A stretch of 64,000 nucleotides of DNA from an uncultured Pseudomonadota bacterium (GCA_963836235.1 CAWIIP010000002.1:384001-448000); one strand, 5' to 3'; shown: positions 50,835 through 61,526, numbered from the stretch's first letter. Numbers and translations are program-made. Notes: a model not told the origin generated them from the sequence alone.

Positions 50835-52196
50835 TTAATGCCACAACTTAAAGTCGGCTTGGTAGCCTTGGATGTCCTTCTTGTTCAGGAACCAGCGTAA
50901 GTGATCGGAGAGGGCCGACATGTAGCGGTTTTCACCCATGGTCTGGACCTGCCAGCCATTTTCCTGTTTCAGCTTATCCAGCAGCGTCTGGACGTGCTGG
51001 GCGTAAAGCTGGTCGGGGCTGTCGTCGGGATAATAGGCGCTGACAAGGTAATCCATGGTTTGGTTGTCCCCCTGCCAGGCATTGGTGGAAAACCAAACGC
51101 CGTTGGAAAAAACGCTGACGAAGGAAAGGTGCGGGGCGATTTGTCCCGGCATCTTGAGGATTTCACTGTAAACTCCCGCGTCCTCCTTCATGCCCACGTC
51201 GAAAAAATTAGGGGAGGGCAATTGGGGAACCGTCATTTGGATGACCGGCCTAAAACCCATGGTTTGCAAGTGGGCTTGGAAGTCGGTGTAGGCGGTGATA
51301 TCCATCTCGCTGACTTGGCTTGAATTCTCCTGAATGATATGGATCGGCGGGATGCTGTCGGCCAATATCACGGAGGGCTTATCCAGGAGCGAGCCAACGC
51401 CAATAACGGCCCCCACGACCAGGAGGACAATCAGCCCCAAGAAAACATAGGTGGGAACCTTAAGTTTTTTAGCCAGGGGATCGAACATCTCGTAAGAATG
51501 GCGGATCAGGTACTTCATCCAAATCTTAGCCACTGAAAAAACCTTCATTTTTTTCAGGGACGCCGCGAGAGCTTCGCTATCCGCGGGAAAGGGGGCGGGC
51601 GCGGCGGAAACCACGGGCGATGGGGTTGCGGAAGCCTTTGGCAAAGAAGGTCCCGGGGTTGGGGAAGGCTTCATTGTTGCGCTCAAATCAACGGGAGGGT
51701 TGGGCGGAGGGCCCGGAGCAGCGGTTAAGGGAGAAGCTATAAGGGGTTTATCCAAAGAGACGGAACCCGGATGGACCGTGGGAGAAGGCAAGGGAGAAAT
51801 CACCTTAGGCTGTGGAACAGGACTGGGGATAACGGGAACTGGTGAAACCGATGGGGGAGCCGCGGTCGGCGGTGAAACAGCAACCGGAGGAGGCGGGACA
51901 ACTGCCGGGGGCTCAATTTTAGGGACGCTAGGCTTCGGAGAAGCGGCGAAGAGCCCCAAGGGGTCGTCATCCAGGCCTTTCCCCTTGAAGTTAAGGGGCG
52001 AGCCTCCCGCTGCGGATTGGCTGGCGGCTTTTAAAACCTCGGCCGTGGCCGCCTTGGTTTTGATTTCCTTGCAATTGGCGCAAATGGGCTGGTCCGCTTC
52101 CATCGACAGGCAATCCGCGCAATAGGGTTTATTGCAGGTGGCGCAATGGTCCTTGGCGATTTGATCGAAGTGCCGGACGCAATAGGTTTCTGCCAT
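50835..52196 (-). CDS. B-box-type zinc finger + Pro-rich linker + TM + C-terminal domain protein
   Basis: CVRH...CATCNKPYCADC...ICANC; long Pro/Ser/Ala tract; VFLGLIVLLVVGAVIGVG TM segment. Confidence 0.75.
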   Translation of the reverse strand: MAETYCVRHFDQIAKDHCATCNKPYCADCLSMEADQPICANCKEIKTKAATAEVLKAASQSAAGGSPLNFKGKGLDDDPLGLFAASPKPSVPKIEPPAVVPPPPVAVSPPTAAPPSVSPVPVIPSPVPQPKVISPLPSPTVHPGSVSLDKPLIASPLTAAPGPPPNPPVDLSATMKPSPTPGPSLPKASATPSPVVSAAPAPFPADSEALAASLKKMKVFSVAKIWMKYLIRHSYEMFDPLAKKLKVPTYVFLGLIVLLVVGAVIGVGSLLDKPSVILADSIPPIHIIQENSSQVSEMDITAYTDFQAHLQTMGFRPVIQMTVPQLPSPNFFDVGMKEDAGVYSEILKMPGQIAPHLSFVSVFSNGVWFSTNAWQGDNQTMDYLVSAYYPDDSPDQLYAQHVQTLLDKLKQENGWQVQTMGENRYMSALSDHLRWFLNKKDIQGYQADFKLWH

Positions 52197-52214
52197 GAAA
52201 TTATCCTTTTCGAC

Positions 52215-52601
52215 TCACTTTTTCAGCGCTATCAAATCCATTTCGATGGAGGCGTTCTTGGGGAGCGCCGCCACTTGTACCACCGCCCTGGCCGGGGGCT
52301 CACCCGTAAATGTCCCTTCTAAAACTTTGTTCAATACCTCGAAATTTCCAAGGTCGGTCAAATAAACCGTCAGCTTCACCGTGTTTTTCAAATCGGCGCC
52401 CGCCGCCTTCAAAACTGCAGCGAAATTATCCAATATTCTCTTCGTTTGAGCCGCGATATCACCCTGAACGAGTTGGCCCGTTTTGGGATCCAGGGGAATC
52501 TGGCCGGAGCAGAAGATGAAATCCCCCGCTTCAATGGCCTGTGAGTAAGGGCCGATGGGGGCCGGCGCATCGGGTGAGACGACCACTATTCGCTCTTTCA
52601 T
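52215..52601 (-). CDS. ridA: RidA family enamine/imine deaminase
   Basis: APAPIGPYSQAI, FCSGQIPLDP, PPARAVVQVAALPK...EMD. Confidence 0.92.
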   Translation of the reverse strand: MKERIVVVSPDAPAPIGPYSQAIEAGDFIFCSGQIPLDPKTGQLVQGDIAAQTKRILDNFAAVLKAAGADLKNTVKLTVYLTDLGNFEVLNKVLEGTFTGEPPARAVVQVAALPKNASIEMDLIALKK

Positions 52602-52645
52602 TTTAAAACGGCATTCCTTTCATCTCTATGAAACCCATGTTAATT

Positions 52646-54886
52646 TTACCTCGGTTCAATGCGGCGGGCGCTGACCACGCCCTTTACCCTCTGCAATTTT
52701 TTCAGGACTTTTTCCAGCTGGTCGGCCTTGGAAATGGCGATAACGAAATAACCCTGGGCCCACCCGCCCTCGGCCGCCTTGGCGTTGGCTTCGTTGATAA
52801 TCACCCCTTCTTCCGAGATGGCCAATAGCATGTCGGCCAAAAGCTTTTCCCGGTCTTTCCCCTTGACCTCGATGGCGACCTCATAAACCTGGCCAGCGTT
52901 TCCTTCCCAAGAAACGGGAATCATGCGGCTTTCGCCTTCGGGCAATTGAAGCGTATTGGGACAATCCGTGCGGTGGATGGAAACGCCCCGGCCCCGGGTT
53001 ACGTAGCCCACGATCGGATCGCCCGGGACGGGGGTGCAGCACCGGGCGAAACGGATCAGGAAATCCTTTTGCCCGCCGATGGAAATGCCCTTGGCCGACC
53101 CAGACGTCGGCGCGGCCGGAGTGGCGGGCTTGGAAGACTTGGCTTCAGTCGCTTTCTCGTCGTGCTTGTCGTGTTTTTCGACTTTTGGGTGTTCTTCCGT
53201 TTGGGTCTTTAAAACCAGCTTGTTCAAAATCTGCTTGGGTGAGATTTCCCCATGGCCCGTATTGGCCAGGAGTTCCTGGAGACTGTGGCAACCAAAATAT
53301 TCCAAAAGGCTTTCCAAAGCCCCCGACTTGAGCGAGGCGTTGAAATCCACGCCCATCCGCACCGCCTCTTTTTCCAGCAGGTGCTTTCCCTTGTCGACCT
53401 CGTCGGCGGAAAGGTGGGTCCGGAACCAATGCCGTATCTTGTTCTTGGCGCGGCTGGTGACGACGATCTTGAGCCAATCCCGGCTGGGCGTCCGGGAAGA
53501 CTGGGTCAGCACCTCGACGATATCGCTGTTTTTAAGCGTATAGCGCAGGGGAACCATATGGCCGTTGACCTTGACCCCCATGCAATGGGTCCCCACATCA
53601 GTGTGGACGGCGTAAGCGAAATCCAAGGCGGTCGCCCCCCGGGGCAGTTCCTTCACTTCGCCCTTTGGGGTAAAAACAAAAACCTCGTCGTCGAATAGGT
53701 CGACTTTCATGGCCTCGGCGAATTCGGTCGTGTCCTTGATATCCTGCTGAAGGTCCAAAAGCTGGCGCATCCAGGCAAATTTCTGGTCTTCCTTCTCGAC
53801 GCCGCGCCCTTCCTTGTAAATCCAATGGGCCGCGATTCCCTCCTCGGCGGTCCGGTGCATTTCGTAGGTCCGGATTTGGATTTCCAGCGGCTGGGCTTCG
53901 GGCCCCATCACCGTGGTATGGAGGCTTTGGTACATGTTATTTTTCGGCATAGCGACGTAATCCTTGAACCGGCCCGGAAGCGGCTTCCAAATAGTATGGA
54001 CCATCCCCAAAACCTCATAACATTCCTTGACCGACGAGGTCAAAACCCGGATGGCCATCAGGTCGAAAATTTCGTCGAAGCCCTTTTGCTGCTGGTTCAT
54101 CTTGTGATAGATGCTGGTGAAATGTTTGGAACGCCCCTGAACTTGGGCCGTGATGCCTGATTCCTTCAATTTTTCGTCCATGATCTGGAGGACGCTGGCC
54201 AGGACCTTTTCCCTTTCCGCCTTCTTCATGGCGACTTTCTTGACCAAATCATAATAAACGTCCGGTTCCAGGTAGCGGAGGCAGAGGTCTTCCAGTTCGC
54301 TCTTGATTTTGGCGATTCCCAGCCGATGGGCCAGGGGGGCGTAAATATCCAGGGTCTCGCTGGCCATCTTCTCCCGGCGGTCGGGCGGGAGGAAATCGAG
54401 GGTCCGCATATTGTGGGTGCGGTCGGCGAGTTTGATGAGGATGACCCGCACGTCCTTTGCCATGGCCACCAGCATTTTGCGGGTGCTTTCCGCCTGTCGG
54501 ATGGCCGTATCCTGGAATTGGCGGGTGGAAATCTTGGTGACCCCCTCCACCAAGTTGGCGATTTCCTCGCCGAATTCCGCCTTTAACTGGTCGTAGGTGA
54601 TCTTGGTGTCTTCGAGGATGTCATGCAACAAGCCGGCCGCGATCGTGACCGAATCCATGTTCAAATCCGCCAGAATGTCGGCGACCCCCACCAAATGGGT
54701 CAGGTATTCATCCCCGGAAAGGCGTTGTTGGCCTTCATGGGCTTTTTTGGCGAACTCATAGGCTTTTTGAATAAGAGGCCGGTCGAGGGAACTTTCCGGC
54801 AAGGGGGCGCCAGGGGAAGCGGAAGACGATTTTTCCAGAAGAGCCTGAATACCCATAGGGTTGACCTGAGTGCGTTCCCCGGCCAA
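52646..54886 (-). CDS. spoT: Bifunctional (p)ppGpp synthetase/hydrolase Rel/SpoT
   Basis: HEGQQRLSG, LLHDILED (HD), KLADRTHNMRTL, YQSLHT, EIQIRT, TGS DFAYAVHT, RCCTPVPGD, ACT domain. Confidence 0.95.
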   Translation of the reverse strand: MAGERTQVNPMGIQALLEKSSSASPGAPLPESSLDRPLIQKAYEFAKKAHEGQQRLSGDEYLTHLVGVADILADLNMDSVTIAAGLLHDILEDTKITYDQLKAEFGEEIANLVEGVTKISTRQFQDTAIRQAESTRKMLVAMAKDVRVILIKLADRTHNMRTLDFLPPDRREKMASETLDIYAPLAHRLGIAKIKSELEDLCLRYLEPDVYYDLVKKVAMKKAEREKVLASVLQIMDEKLKESGITAQVQGRSKHFTSIYHKMNQQQKGFDEIFDLMAIRVLTSSVKECYEVLGMVHTIWKPLPGRFKDYVAMPKNNMYQSLHTTVMGPEAQPLEIQIRTYEMHRTAEEGIAAHWIYKEGRGVEKEDQKFAWMRQLLDLQQDIKDTTEFAEAMKVDLFDDEVFVFTPKGEVKELPRGATALDFAYAVHTDVGTHCMGVKVNGHMVPLRYTLKNSDIVEVLTQSSRTPSRDWLKIVVTSRAKNKIRHWFRTHLSADEVDKGKHLLEKEAVRMGVDFNASLKSGALESLLEYFGCHSLQELLANTGHGEISPKQILNKLVLKTQTEEHPKVEKHDKHDEKATEAKSSKPATPAAPTSGSAKGISIGGQKDFLIRFARCCTPVPGDPIVGYVTRGRGVSIHRTDCPNTLQLPEGESRMIPVSWEGNAGQVYEVAIEVKGKDREKLLADMLLAISEEGVIINEANAKAAEGGWAQGYFVIAISKADQLEKVLKKLQRVKGVVSARRIEPR

Positions 54887-55000
54887 AGCCGAAGAACACC
54901 CTTTCCTTGCCTTAATTTAACATCTGGCCGGGGAAGATGACAACTATTGAGAACTAGGAGGTCTTTTTTGTCGAGATTCGACAGCCTGATATCATCTTGA

Positions 55001-56893
55001 TTAAGTCGGATTCACACCTAGGGATTTCAAATATTGAATCACTTGGGGGTCGCTTGGGTTCAGGGCATAAGCCTTTTTCCACACCGCGATGGCGTCTTCT
55101 TTTCGCTTAAGCTGTATATAGCAAACACCCAGGTTTAAGTAGGTTTGGAAATCACGGGGAGCATAGGTGAGAAATGCCTCAAAACCTTTCGCCGACTCTT
55201 CATAGCGTTTCAGTTGGAATAGGCAGACAGACATGGGCCAAAGAGGTGCGAAGTAATTAGGCGTGATGGCCTCCGCATTTTGAAAAAGCGACAAGGCCTC
55301 CTCCAGGCGTCCCTGGTTCATGCGGATCTGGCCCATGGGCAGCAAATTTTCGACGAAGTTGGGATTGAGCTCCAGCGATTTTTGATAGGCCTGATAAGCC
55401 GGTTCGATTTGGCCCGCCACTTCCAGCGCCTTACCGTCAGCGTTCCAGACCTTGGGATTGAGGGGGGAAAGCGAAACCAATCTGCCGCCGTAATAAGCCG
55501 CCCATTTTCCATATCCCAAGGAGGACTCGCCGACCGTATCCCGAAAGGCGATGGAGGAAGCGAGGGCCCGCAATCCGATGGTTGCGGGAATCAAAAAAGC
55601 CAATGCCAGGCAAATCTTTTGAATCGTCGTCATCGCCTTACCGGAATGGAAAAGGGCCGCCGGACGAAGCGCCAAGGGAGCCGCCAAAAAAAATCCAAAG
55701 AGAACGGCGGTCGGCGCCACTTGCAACGGAAAATTGCTGATGGATTGGATGAGCAAGGCCACCATTCCCCCGGCGATGCCGATCAAAAACTCTTTATCCT
55801 GGGGTTCGGAGGATGGATTTTTCAAAAACCGGCGAATCGATGCCGCGTAAACCACGAGAACCGCGAGAAAAAGCGACAAACCGGGAATTCCTCCCTCGAC
55901 TAAGAACTGGAGATATTCATTATGGGCGTGCTCGGAAAAGGTGTAGGGATGTTGGGGATAATCAATGGGAGCCCAGGGTTTCGATTGGTAAAGGGGAAAT
56001 TGGATCCCCAATTGGCCCAATCCAATGCCGAACCAGGGATGGTCCTTCGCCATTTCCCCGACCATTCGGTAAAGTTCCACCCTTTGCTGAAAGGTGATTT
56101 GCTTGGCGCTGAATAAGGCCGAACCTCCGTGCCGGGACACATAAACGCCCGCCGTGAGGACGAGCACACCGAAGGCCACCAAAACGAAACGGATATTTCG
56201 GCGGAACAAGTCCCTTCCCCACGAAAACAAAAAAACGATCGATAAAAACAGCGCCGCCGCCCCCAAGGCCAAAAAAGCTCCCCGGACGCGCGTCATCCAT
56301 AATCCCAAAAGGAGAAAAAGGGTCACTGCCCGAAACCACAACCACGATTCCTGATGATGGGACTGGATGGTTAAGATGAAGGCAAGGGGAATCAGTCCGG
56401 CTAGATATCCCCCTAAATAATCCGGGTTTCCCAGGGTGGAAAAAGCGCGGTGTTCAAAATGACTCGTCCAATCCACTTTTTCAACGCCAAAGCTTTGGAA
56501 CAACCCATGGATGGCCATGAGCGTGCCGGCGAATAAGGCCAAATGGGCCAGCTTTTCGTAGGAAGTTCCGCGGGAACAGGCGAAAATCACGGCGAGGAGG
56601 GTTCCGAAAATTAGGATCAGATGGACGGAGCCTTTCAACACTTCCAACTTTAAAAGTCCGACACCCAATGAATCTAAAACCATCCATAGCGTGAATAAAA
56701 GGGTGGCCAGGATTAGGGGTTGGCGAAAAAGGCCCCGCCCCTCAAAAGCGGCGCGAACCCCGAAATAAGCGATGACGAGGACCCCGATCAATTCTTTCGG
56801 AAGGGTGAATCCATCCGCCGCCCGGAAGAAAAAAGCGAGGGGAACCCATGCCAGGAGGGCCGAAAGAAGGATTTGTTGGAAACGAAATGTCAT
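55001..56893 (-). CDS. O-antigen ligase-like (Wzy_C) membrane protein with C-terminal TPRs
   Basis: STLGNPDYLGGYL, TRVRGA, HPWFGIGLG, HAHNEYLQ, NFPLQ, then TPR repeats; same architecture as 23336-25683. Confidence 0.85.
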   Translation of the reverse strand: MTFRFQQILLSALLAWVPLAFFFRAADGFTLPKELIGVLVIAYFGVRAAFEGRGLFRQPLILATLLFTLWMVLDSLGVGLLKLEVLKGSVHLILIFGTLLAVIFACSRGTSYEKLAHLALFAGTLMAIHGLFQSFGVEKVDWTSHFEHRAFSTLGNPDYLGGYLAGLIPLAFILTIQSHHQESWLWFRAVTLFLLLGLWMTRVRGAFLALGAAALFLSIVFLFSWGRDLFRRNIRFVLVAFGVLVLTAGVYVSRHGGSALFSAKQITFQQRVELYRMVGEMAKDHPWFGIGLGQLGIQFPLYQSKPWAPIDYPQHPYTFSEHAHNEYLQFLVEGGIPGLSLFLAVLVVYAASIRRFLKNPSSEPQDKEFLIGIAGGMVALLIQSISNFPLQVAPTAVLFGFFLAAPLALRPAALFHSGKAMTTIQKICLALAFLIPATIGLRALASSIAFRDTVGESSLGYGKWAAYYGGRLVSLSPLNPKVWNADGKALEVAGQIEPAYQAYQKSLELNPNFVENLLPMGQIRMNQGRLEEALSLFQNAEAITPNYFAPLWPMSVCLFQLKRYEESAKGFEAFLTYAPRDFQTYLNLGVCYIQLKRKEDAIAVWKKAYALNPSDPQVIQYLKSLGVNPT

Positions 56894-56957
56894 TCGATTT
56901 CACCCTTGGAGGCAAAGTGAGGCTGAAACGTTTCCGATAATATCACAACACCCCGGT

Positions 56958-59294
56958 TCAACTAGGCCGAATATCTCCCATCGCTTTATCGAACTGGGTC
57001 TTCTGCGCCCTCCAAAATTCTGAAAACGGGTAAAGTTTCAAGGCTTCATTTAAACTCTCCCCCGCTTGTTCCCATTGATGGCCCTGGGCGGCTTTGATGA
57101 ATTCGGAAGCGGGTTTGGAAAAAAATAAAATCAAGTCGAATACCTCTGGTGAATTTTTTACTTCAGACGATGGAACAAGGTGATAAACGATCTGGTAATT
57201 CCGCTGATAAACGATCTCGGTGTTCTGTTGAATAAAGTCGTCTAATCTTTTCCATTCTTCCGGCGTCAAATCATAAAGGTGATAATCCGAGGATACCCGA
57301 ATCCCCTCCGGACCGTTAACCACCAAGTAGTCCACGCCCATTTGTTTAAGGCGGCGGCCGATGCCTTGGGTGTTGATCTCTTCCCTCGCCAGGACCGCCA
57401 GTTCCTGTTCGTCGAAAACGCTGTTGGTCAGAAAAGGACGGTCATAATAAAGTCCCCTGGCGTCCCCTACGATCAAAAGTCCCGAGTCCTGTGGGGTATT
57501 AAGGGAAATCCAGCGGGCCATGCTGAAATAAGGCGTGATTTTTCCCCGGCTTTCCAGGTAATCAGTCCTGCTCTGATGGCCGAACCAGACTCCGGCGCAT
57601 CCCGAGTATCGGGCGCTGATAGCCGATAAATACCCGAAAGAAAGGATGGCCGAGACCCCCGCCGCCAGGGCTAGAATTTTTCCCCAATGCGGCCGATTGC
57701 CTCCCGCGAAAACGCCTCCCAACAGAACATAAATCAGGATAAAACCCGTCCCAAGAAAACGCAGGATATGGGTCACTAAAAAGCCCGATAGGAAAAAGAA
57801 ACCGGTGGTCAAGGATATGAACCTCAAAGCCGGATGTCGAAGTTTAAACAGGAAAAGAAAAGGGATGAATGCCAAAGCGACAGGCCCGGAAAAGTCAAAA
57901 CCGTCGGGATTCGCCATCACGGCTTTCCAGGGAAGATAAAGCCACTCCCATCCATGGGCGATGCGGCCTTGTTGTTCGGTTAAAAGTTTCTGATAAGACT
58001 CCAGGGTTAAATGCCGCCCATCAAAGATGGCCGCAAAGTAAGGGAAAAAAGGGTTGCCGGTAAAAATGAAGTTTTTGAGAATCCAAGGACCCAATAAGAG
58101 GACGGCCCCAAAGAAAAGACCAATCCAATGACGAGAACGAAACCTTCTTAAAAATTCAGGTTGAACAAGTATCATTGCCAAAAAAGAACCAGCGACCATG
58201 AGAGCGGCTGTGTATTTGATGGAAAAAGCCAAAGCCATAAAAAGACCCGTAGCGGTCACCCAGGCGGCAGAAGGATTTTTATCTTTAAGACCGTGATAAC
58301 TGAAATAAAGAAAAAGGATCAAGGCCAACGCTAAGATCCCCTCCACTTGGGTACTCCAAATGTTGATGGCAAAAAGGGGCAAAGTGAGTACCAAGCCCAG
58401 GGTTAACCACCGTCCTTTTTCCCCTCCTATTTCGCGAGCCCATCCTCCCGCGAAAAGGGCGCAAAACCCAAAAGCGGCCGAATGAAGCATCTTGGCGGCC
58501 TCCGTCCCTCGAAAAACGAACCCATTAAAATAAAAAAGTTCCCCGCCATATGGATAATTGGAAAAAAAATTGGTGGGGAAATCGCAAATGCCGTGTTTCA
58601 AAAGCCAATACTGGGGCACCGCCAGGTGATAAACCATGGAGTCATAAAAAGTTTCCGGGACAAGGCCGTGGGCTATGGAAAAAAATAAATAAATCGCTCC
58701 CGCTGCGAACAAGAAAAAATAACTAGCGTCCCGGGGAAAAACTTTTCGCGCCAAATGCGATGCCCCTCGAACGATATCAACCATATTTTGGAAAACAAGG
58801 GCGCTCAAAAGTATACCCATGGTGGCGAAAAAAGGCTTCGTCCAGACCCGGACCAATCCCGAGCCGAGCCAAAACATATCCAAAAAAACAATCCCCAATC
58901 CGAATTCCATTCCCCATCGAAGCCAAGCGTCAGAGGGGTTGATGAAAAAAAATAGGCGAACCTGCCTCCCCCAAGAAATCGTGACCAGCAAAATAAAAGA
59001 TGTTGTCAGCGCAATTAAGAACGATTCTTTAAAAACCATAAGTGCTTGGGAGTTTTCAAGGACGGAAAAAGCGCTCGTATTAAAAGCCGCGGGGATCAAA
59101 TCGAGAGCCGGTCCAATAGACCAAAAATAATAGCCCAAAACAAAAGCGACCCATGACCAAGCGACCCAAAAAGCCGTACGACTTTTACGACATTCCGCGA
59201 CCACATGAAAAACGGCGGAGGGATTCACGAGGAGCCTGTCCCTTTCGCCCGGTTTTTCCCGCTTTCTTTCAAAAGATTCATTTTTTCCACCCAA
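56958..59294 (-). CDS. Polytopic GT-C-like membrane protein (start uncertain)
   Basis: PETFYDSMVYHLAVP, IKYT, PWILKN..TGNPFFPY, LLIVGDARGLYY; paralog of 59225-61483. Confidence 0.7.
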   Translation of the reverse strand: MGGKNESFERKREKPGERDRLLVNPSAVFHVVAECRKSRTAFWVAWSWVAFVLGYYFWSIGPALDLIPAAFNTSAFSVLENSQALMVFKESFLIALTTSFILLVTISWGRQVRLFFFINPSDAWLRWGMEFGLGIVFLDMFWLGSGLVRVWTKPFFATMGILLSALVFQNMVDIVRGASHLARKVFPRDASYFFLFAAGAIYLFFSIAHGLVPETFYDSMVYHLAVPQYWLLKHGICDFPTNFFSNYPYGGELFYFNGFVFRGTEAAKMLHSAAFGFCALFAGGWAREIGGEKGRWLTLGLVLTLPLFAINIWSTQVEGILALALILFLYFSYHGLKDKNPSAAWVTATGLFMALAFSIKYTAALMVAGSFLAMILVQPEFLRRFRSRHWIGLFFGAVLLLGPWILKNFIFTGNPFFPYFAAIFDGRHLTLESYQKLLTEQQGRIAHGWEWLYLPWKAVMANPDGFDFSGPVALAFIPFLFLFKLRHPALRFISLTTGFFFLSGFLVTHILRFLGTGFILIYVLLGGVFAGGNRPHWGKILALAAGVSAILSFGYLSAISARYSGCAGVWFGHQSRTDYLESRGKITPYFSMARWISLNTPQDSGLLIVGDARGLYYDRPFLTNSVFDEQELAVLAREEINTQGIGRRLKQMGVDYLVVNGPEGIRVSSDYHLYDLTPEEWKRLDDFIQQNTEIVYQRNYQIVYHLVPSSEVKNSPEVFDLILFFSKPASEFIKAAQGHQWEQAGESLNEALKLYPFSEFWRAQKTQFDKAMGDIRPS

Positions 59295-61483
59295 TAATTT
59301 TCCCCCGGGAAGAGGACAAGTTCTTCGTTCAAAGCTTGCTCCGCCTTAAAAAATCGCCCGGTTTGAAAACTTTCAATAAACGCATGGGCCGGTTCAGAAA
59401 AAAAAGAGAATGGATTCACAATATTGTTGGACGCGGGGTTCAATGTGTTTTTGACCTTGTATACCGCTAAAAAATCCTTCCAGTAAAGGGGTTCCAAGCC
59501 CGACCGGACAAAGTCATTAAGTTTTTTCCATTCGGGCAGGCTTAAATCGTAATGATGGTACTCGCTCGAAACCCTTTCTCCCTCGGGTATATTAAAAACC
59601 ACATGGGTAATTCCCATTTGGTGAAGCCTTGTCCATATCCCCTCTGCGTCCTTTTCTCCCCTTGCGGCGGCCGCAAAAAAAGGCTCGTCAAAAACGGAAT
59701 TGGCGTAAAAAGTCCTCCGGTAATAAAGCCCCCTGGCATCCCCAACGATTAACAGCCTGGCGTCTGCGGGCAGATTTTGGTCGGTCCAAACCACTATAGG
59801 CTCATAAGAATTCAGCATCTGTCGATTCAGATAACCTTCCGCGGTTTCCCTTCCGGTCCAAATGCCCATCCCGTTAAAAAAGCGCGCGCTAAGTCCTAGA
59901 TAGTAAACAAAAAACAAAAGGCCGGAGAAAACTAACGCTCCGCCCCATAAAATTTTCAACCAATCATTTTTTTCAGCTGTCAGGGCCAAGGTTAAGATCA
60001 TAAAAGCCAAAACGAAAGCCGGCATTGAAAAACGAAGCATATGGGAAAGGCTGAGCCCGAAAACAAATGACAGAAGCATGGTTTTAACTAAAAAACCAAT
60101 GGACTTGTTTTGAGTACGGGTAAAAAACAAAACTGGCAAAAAGGCTAAAAGTAGCGGACCAATAAATTGGCCATCCCCCGACTGAGGCATTGTCAAACGC
60201 CAAGGCAAGTCAATAAAAGACATTAACCCTTGATCCATTGGAAGAAACTGTTGGTTTTCATGCAGCAACCGCTGATAACTCCAAGCGGGAAACTGTCGTC
60301 CACCCATCCAGGATATGGCATAAGGGAAAAAGGGGTTCCCAGCAAAACAAGCGTTTTTGACCAACCATGGTCCAACTTCTAGGACTGGAAGGGCCAAAAG
60401 AAAAAGCCATATCTTTTTAAATCTTTTTACTGGTTGAAAGCCATATTCCCAAAAATAAGCCAAAAACGCCGCCCCTATTCCAACCACTGCGGTCGGCTTG
60501 ATTGATAGGGCCAAGCCCGCAAAAAGGCTCGCTACAATAATCCAAGCCTCTTTTTTGGAGGAGGCTTGGCAGGCTTTATCAAAACTATAAAAAAAAAGGA
60601 AAAGCGAAAAACACAAGAGACCGTCAACCCGAACAGCCAAAGTATTTAAAAAAAGCAGCGGGAAAGTGAAAATGGCCATTCCAGCAAAAGTCCCGGCCAA
60701 AAATCCGCCCAGTTCCTTGACCCACCCAAAGACCCCCACTCCAAGACAAAATAAAATAACGACGTTTAAAGCTTTGGCCCCCTCCGTCCCGCCCAAAATA
60801 AAGCCATTCAGGAAAAAAAGTGATCCACCATGAAAATAACCCGAAAGCAAATGCGTGGGGCAATCAGAAATCCCGTGTTGAAAAAGCCAGAAACTCGGCA
60901 TCGCGAGGAAATAATTGAGGGAATCATAAAAGGTTTCTGGAAGTAAACTATGAAGTAAAAGAAAGCCAAAATAGCTGATTCCCAACATCAAAAGAGTCCA
61001 TGGAAATTCCATTCGTAAGGACCAGGATTGCCGAATGGTTAAAATATCCTTTGTTAATTGAATCGCTAAAAAAACGATTCCAATTAGCCATAAGGACTCT
61101 GCCCACAATCGAACAAGCCCTAAACCCATCCAAAATGTGTTCAAAACGAATATACCGAGCCCAAAATCCAAGCAAAAATTAATAGAATTTGTCGAACCTA
61201 GAATGGTAAGCCAATGGCGTAATCTTTTCCCGGAACTCCATAAAATTCCAACAACTACAAAACCGGAAGCAACGTTTAAAAAAGAACTCTGAAAACTCAT
61301 TATTCTTTCGAATAAGTCGGTATTTTGAAGGTTATTGGCATTTAAAAAACCAGGTGAAAAATGCAATAAAAATGGGAAATGGGAAAAAAAGACCGCGTTA
61401 ACAACAAAAAACCAAAGAGTGAGAACGGCAATAAATCCCACGCTTGACCTAAACTTGAGGTAAATGGCGTGGGGTAAGGGCAC
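59225..61483 (-). CDS. Polytopic GT-C-like membrane protein
   Basis: PETFYDSLNYFLAMP, IKPT, PWLVKN..AGNPFFPY, LLIVGDARGLYY. Confidence 0.7.
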   Translation of the reverse strand: MPLPHAIYLKFRSSVGFIAVLTLWFFVVNAVFFSHFPFLLHFSPGFLNANNLQNTDLFERIMSFQSSFLNVASGFVVVGILWSSGKRLRHWLTILGSTNSINFCLDFGLGIFVLNTFWMGLGLVRLWAESLWLIGIVFLAIQLTKDILTIRQSWSLRMEFPWTLLMLGISYFGFLLLHSLLPETFYDSLNYFLAMPSFWLFQHGISDCPTHLLSGYFHGGSLFFLNGFILGGTEGAKALNVVILFCLGVGVFGWVKELGGFLAGTFAGMAIFTFPLLFLNTLAVRVDGLLCFSLFLFFYSFDKACQASSKKEAWIIVASLFAGLALSIKPTAVVGIGAAFLAYFWEYGFQPVKRFKKIWLFLLALPVLEVGPWLVKNACFAGNPFFPYAISWMGGRQFPAWSYQRLLHENQQFLPMDQGLMSFIDLPWRLTMPQSGDGQFIGPLLLAFLPVLFFTRTQNKSIGFLVKTMLLSFVFGLSLSHMLRFSMPAFVLAFMILTLALTAEKNDWLKILWGGALVFSGLLFFVYYLGLSARFFNGMGIWTGRETAEGYLNRQMLNSYEPIVVWTDQNLPADARLLIVGDARGLYYRRTFYANSVFDEPFFAAAARGEKDAEGIWTRLHQMGITHVVFNIPEGERVSSEYHHYDLSLPEWKKLNDFVRSGLEPLYWKDFLAVYKVKNTLNPASNNIVNPFSFFSEPAHAFIESFQTGRFFKAEQALNEELVLFPGENYWVEKMNLLKESGKNRAKGTGSS

Positions 61484-61526
61484 AAACTCTCCTAAAACCG
61501 TCTTTGCTTGAATTTTACCCCAAAAT

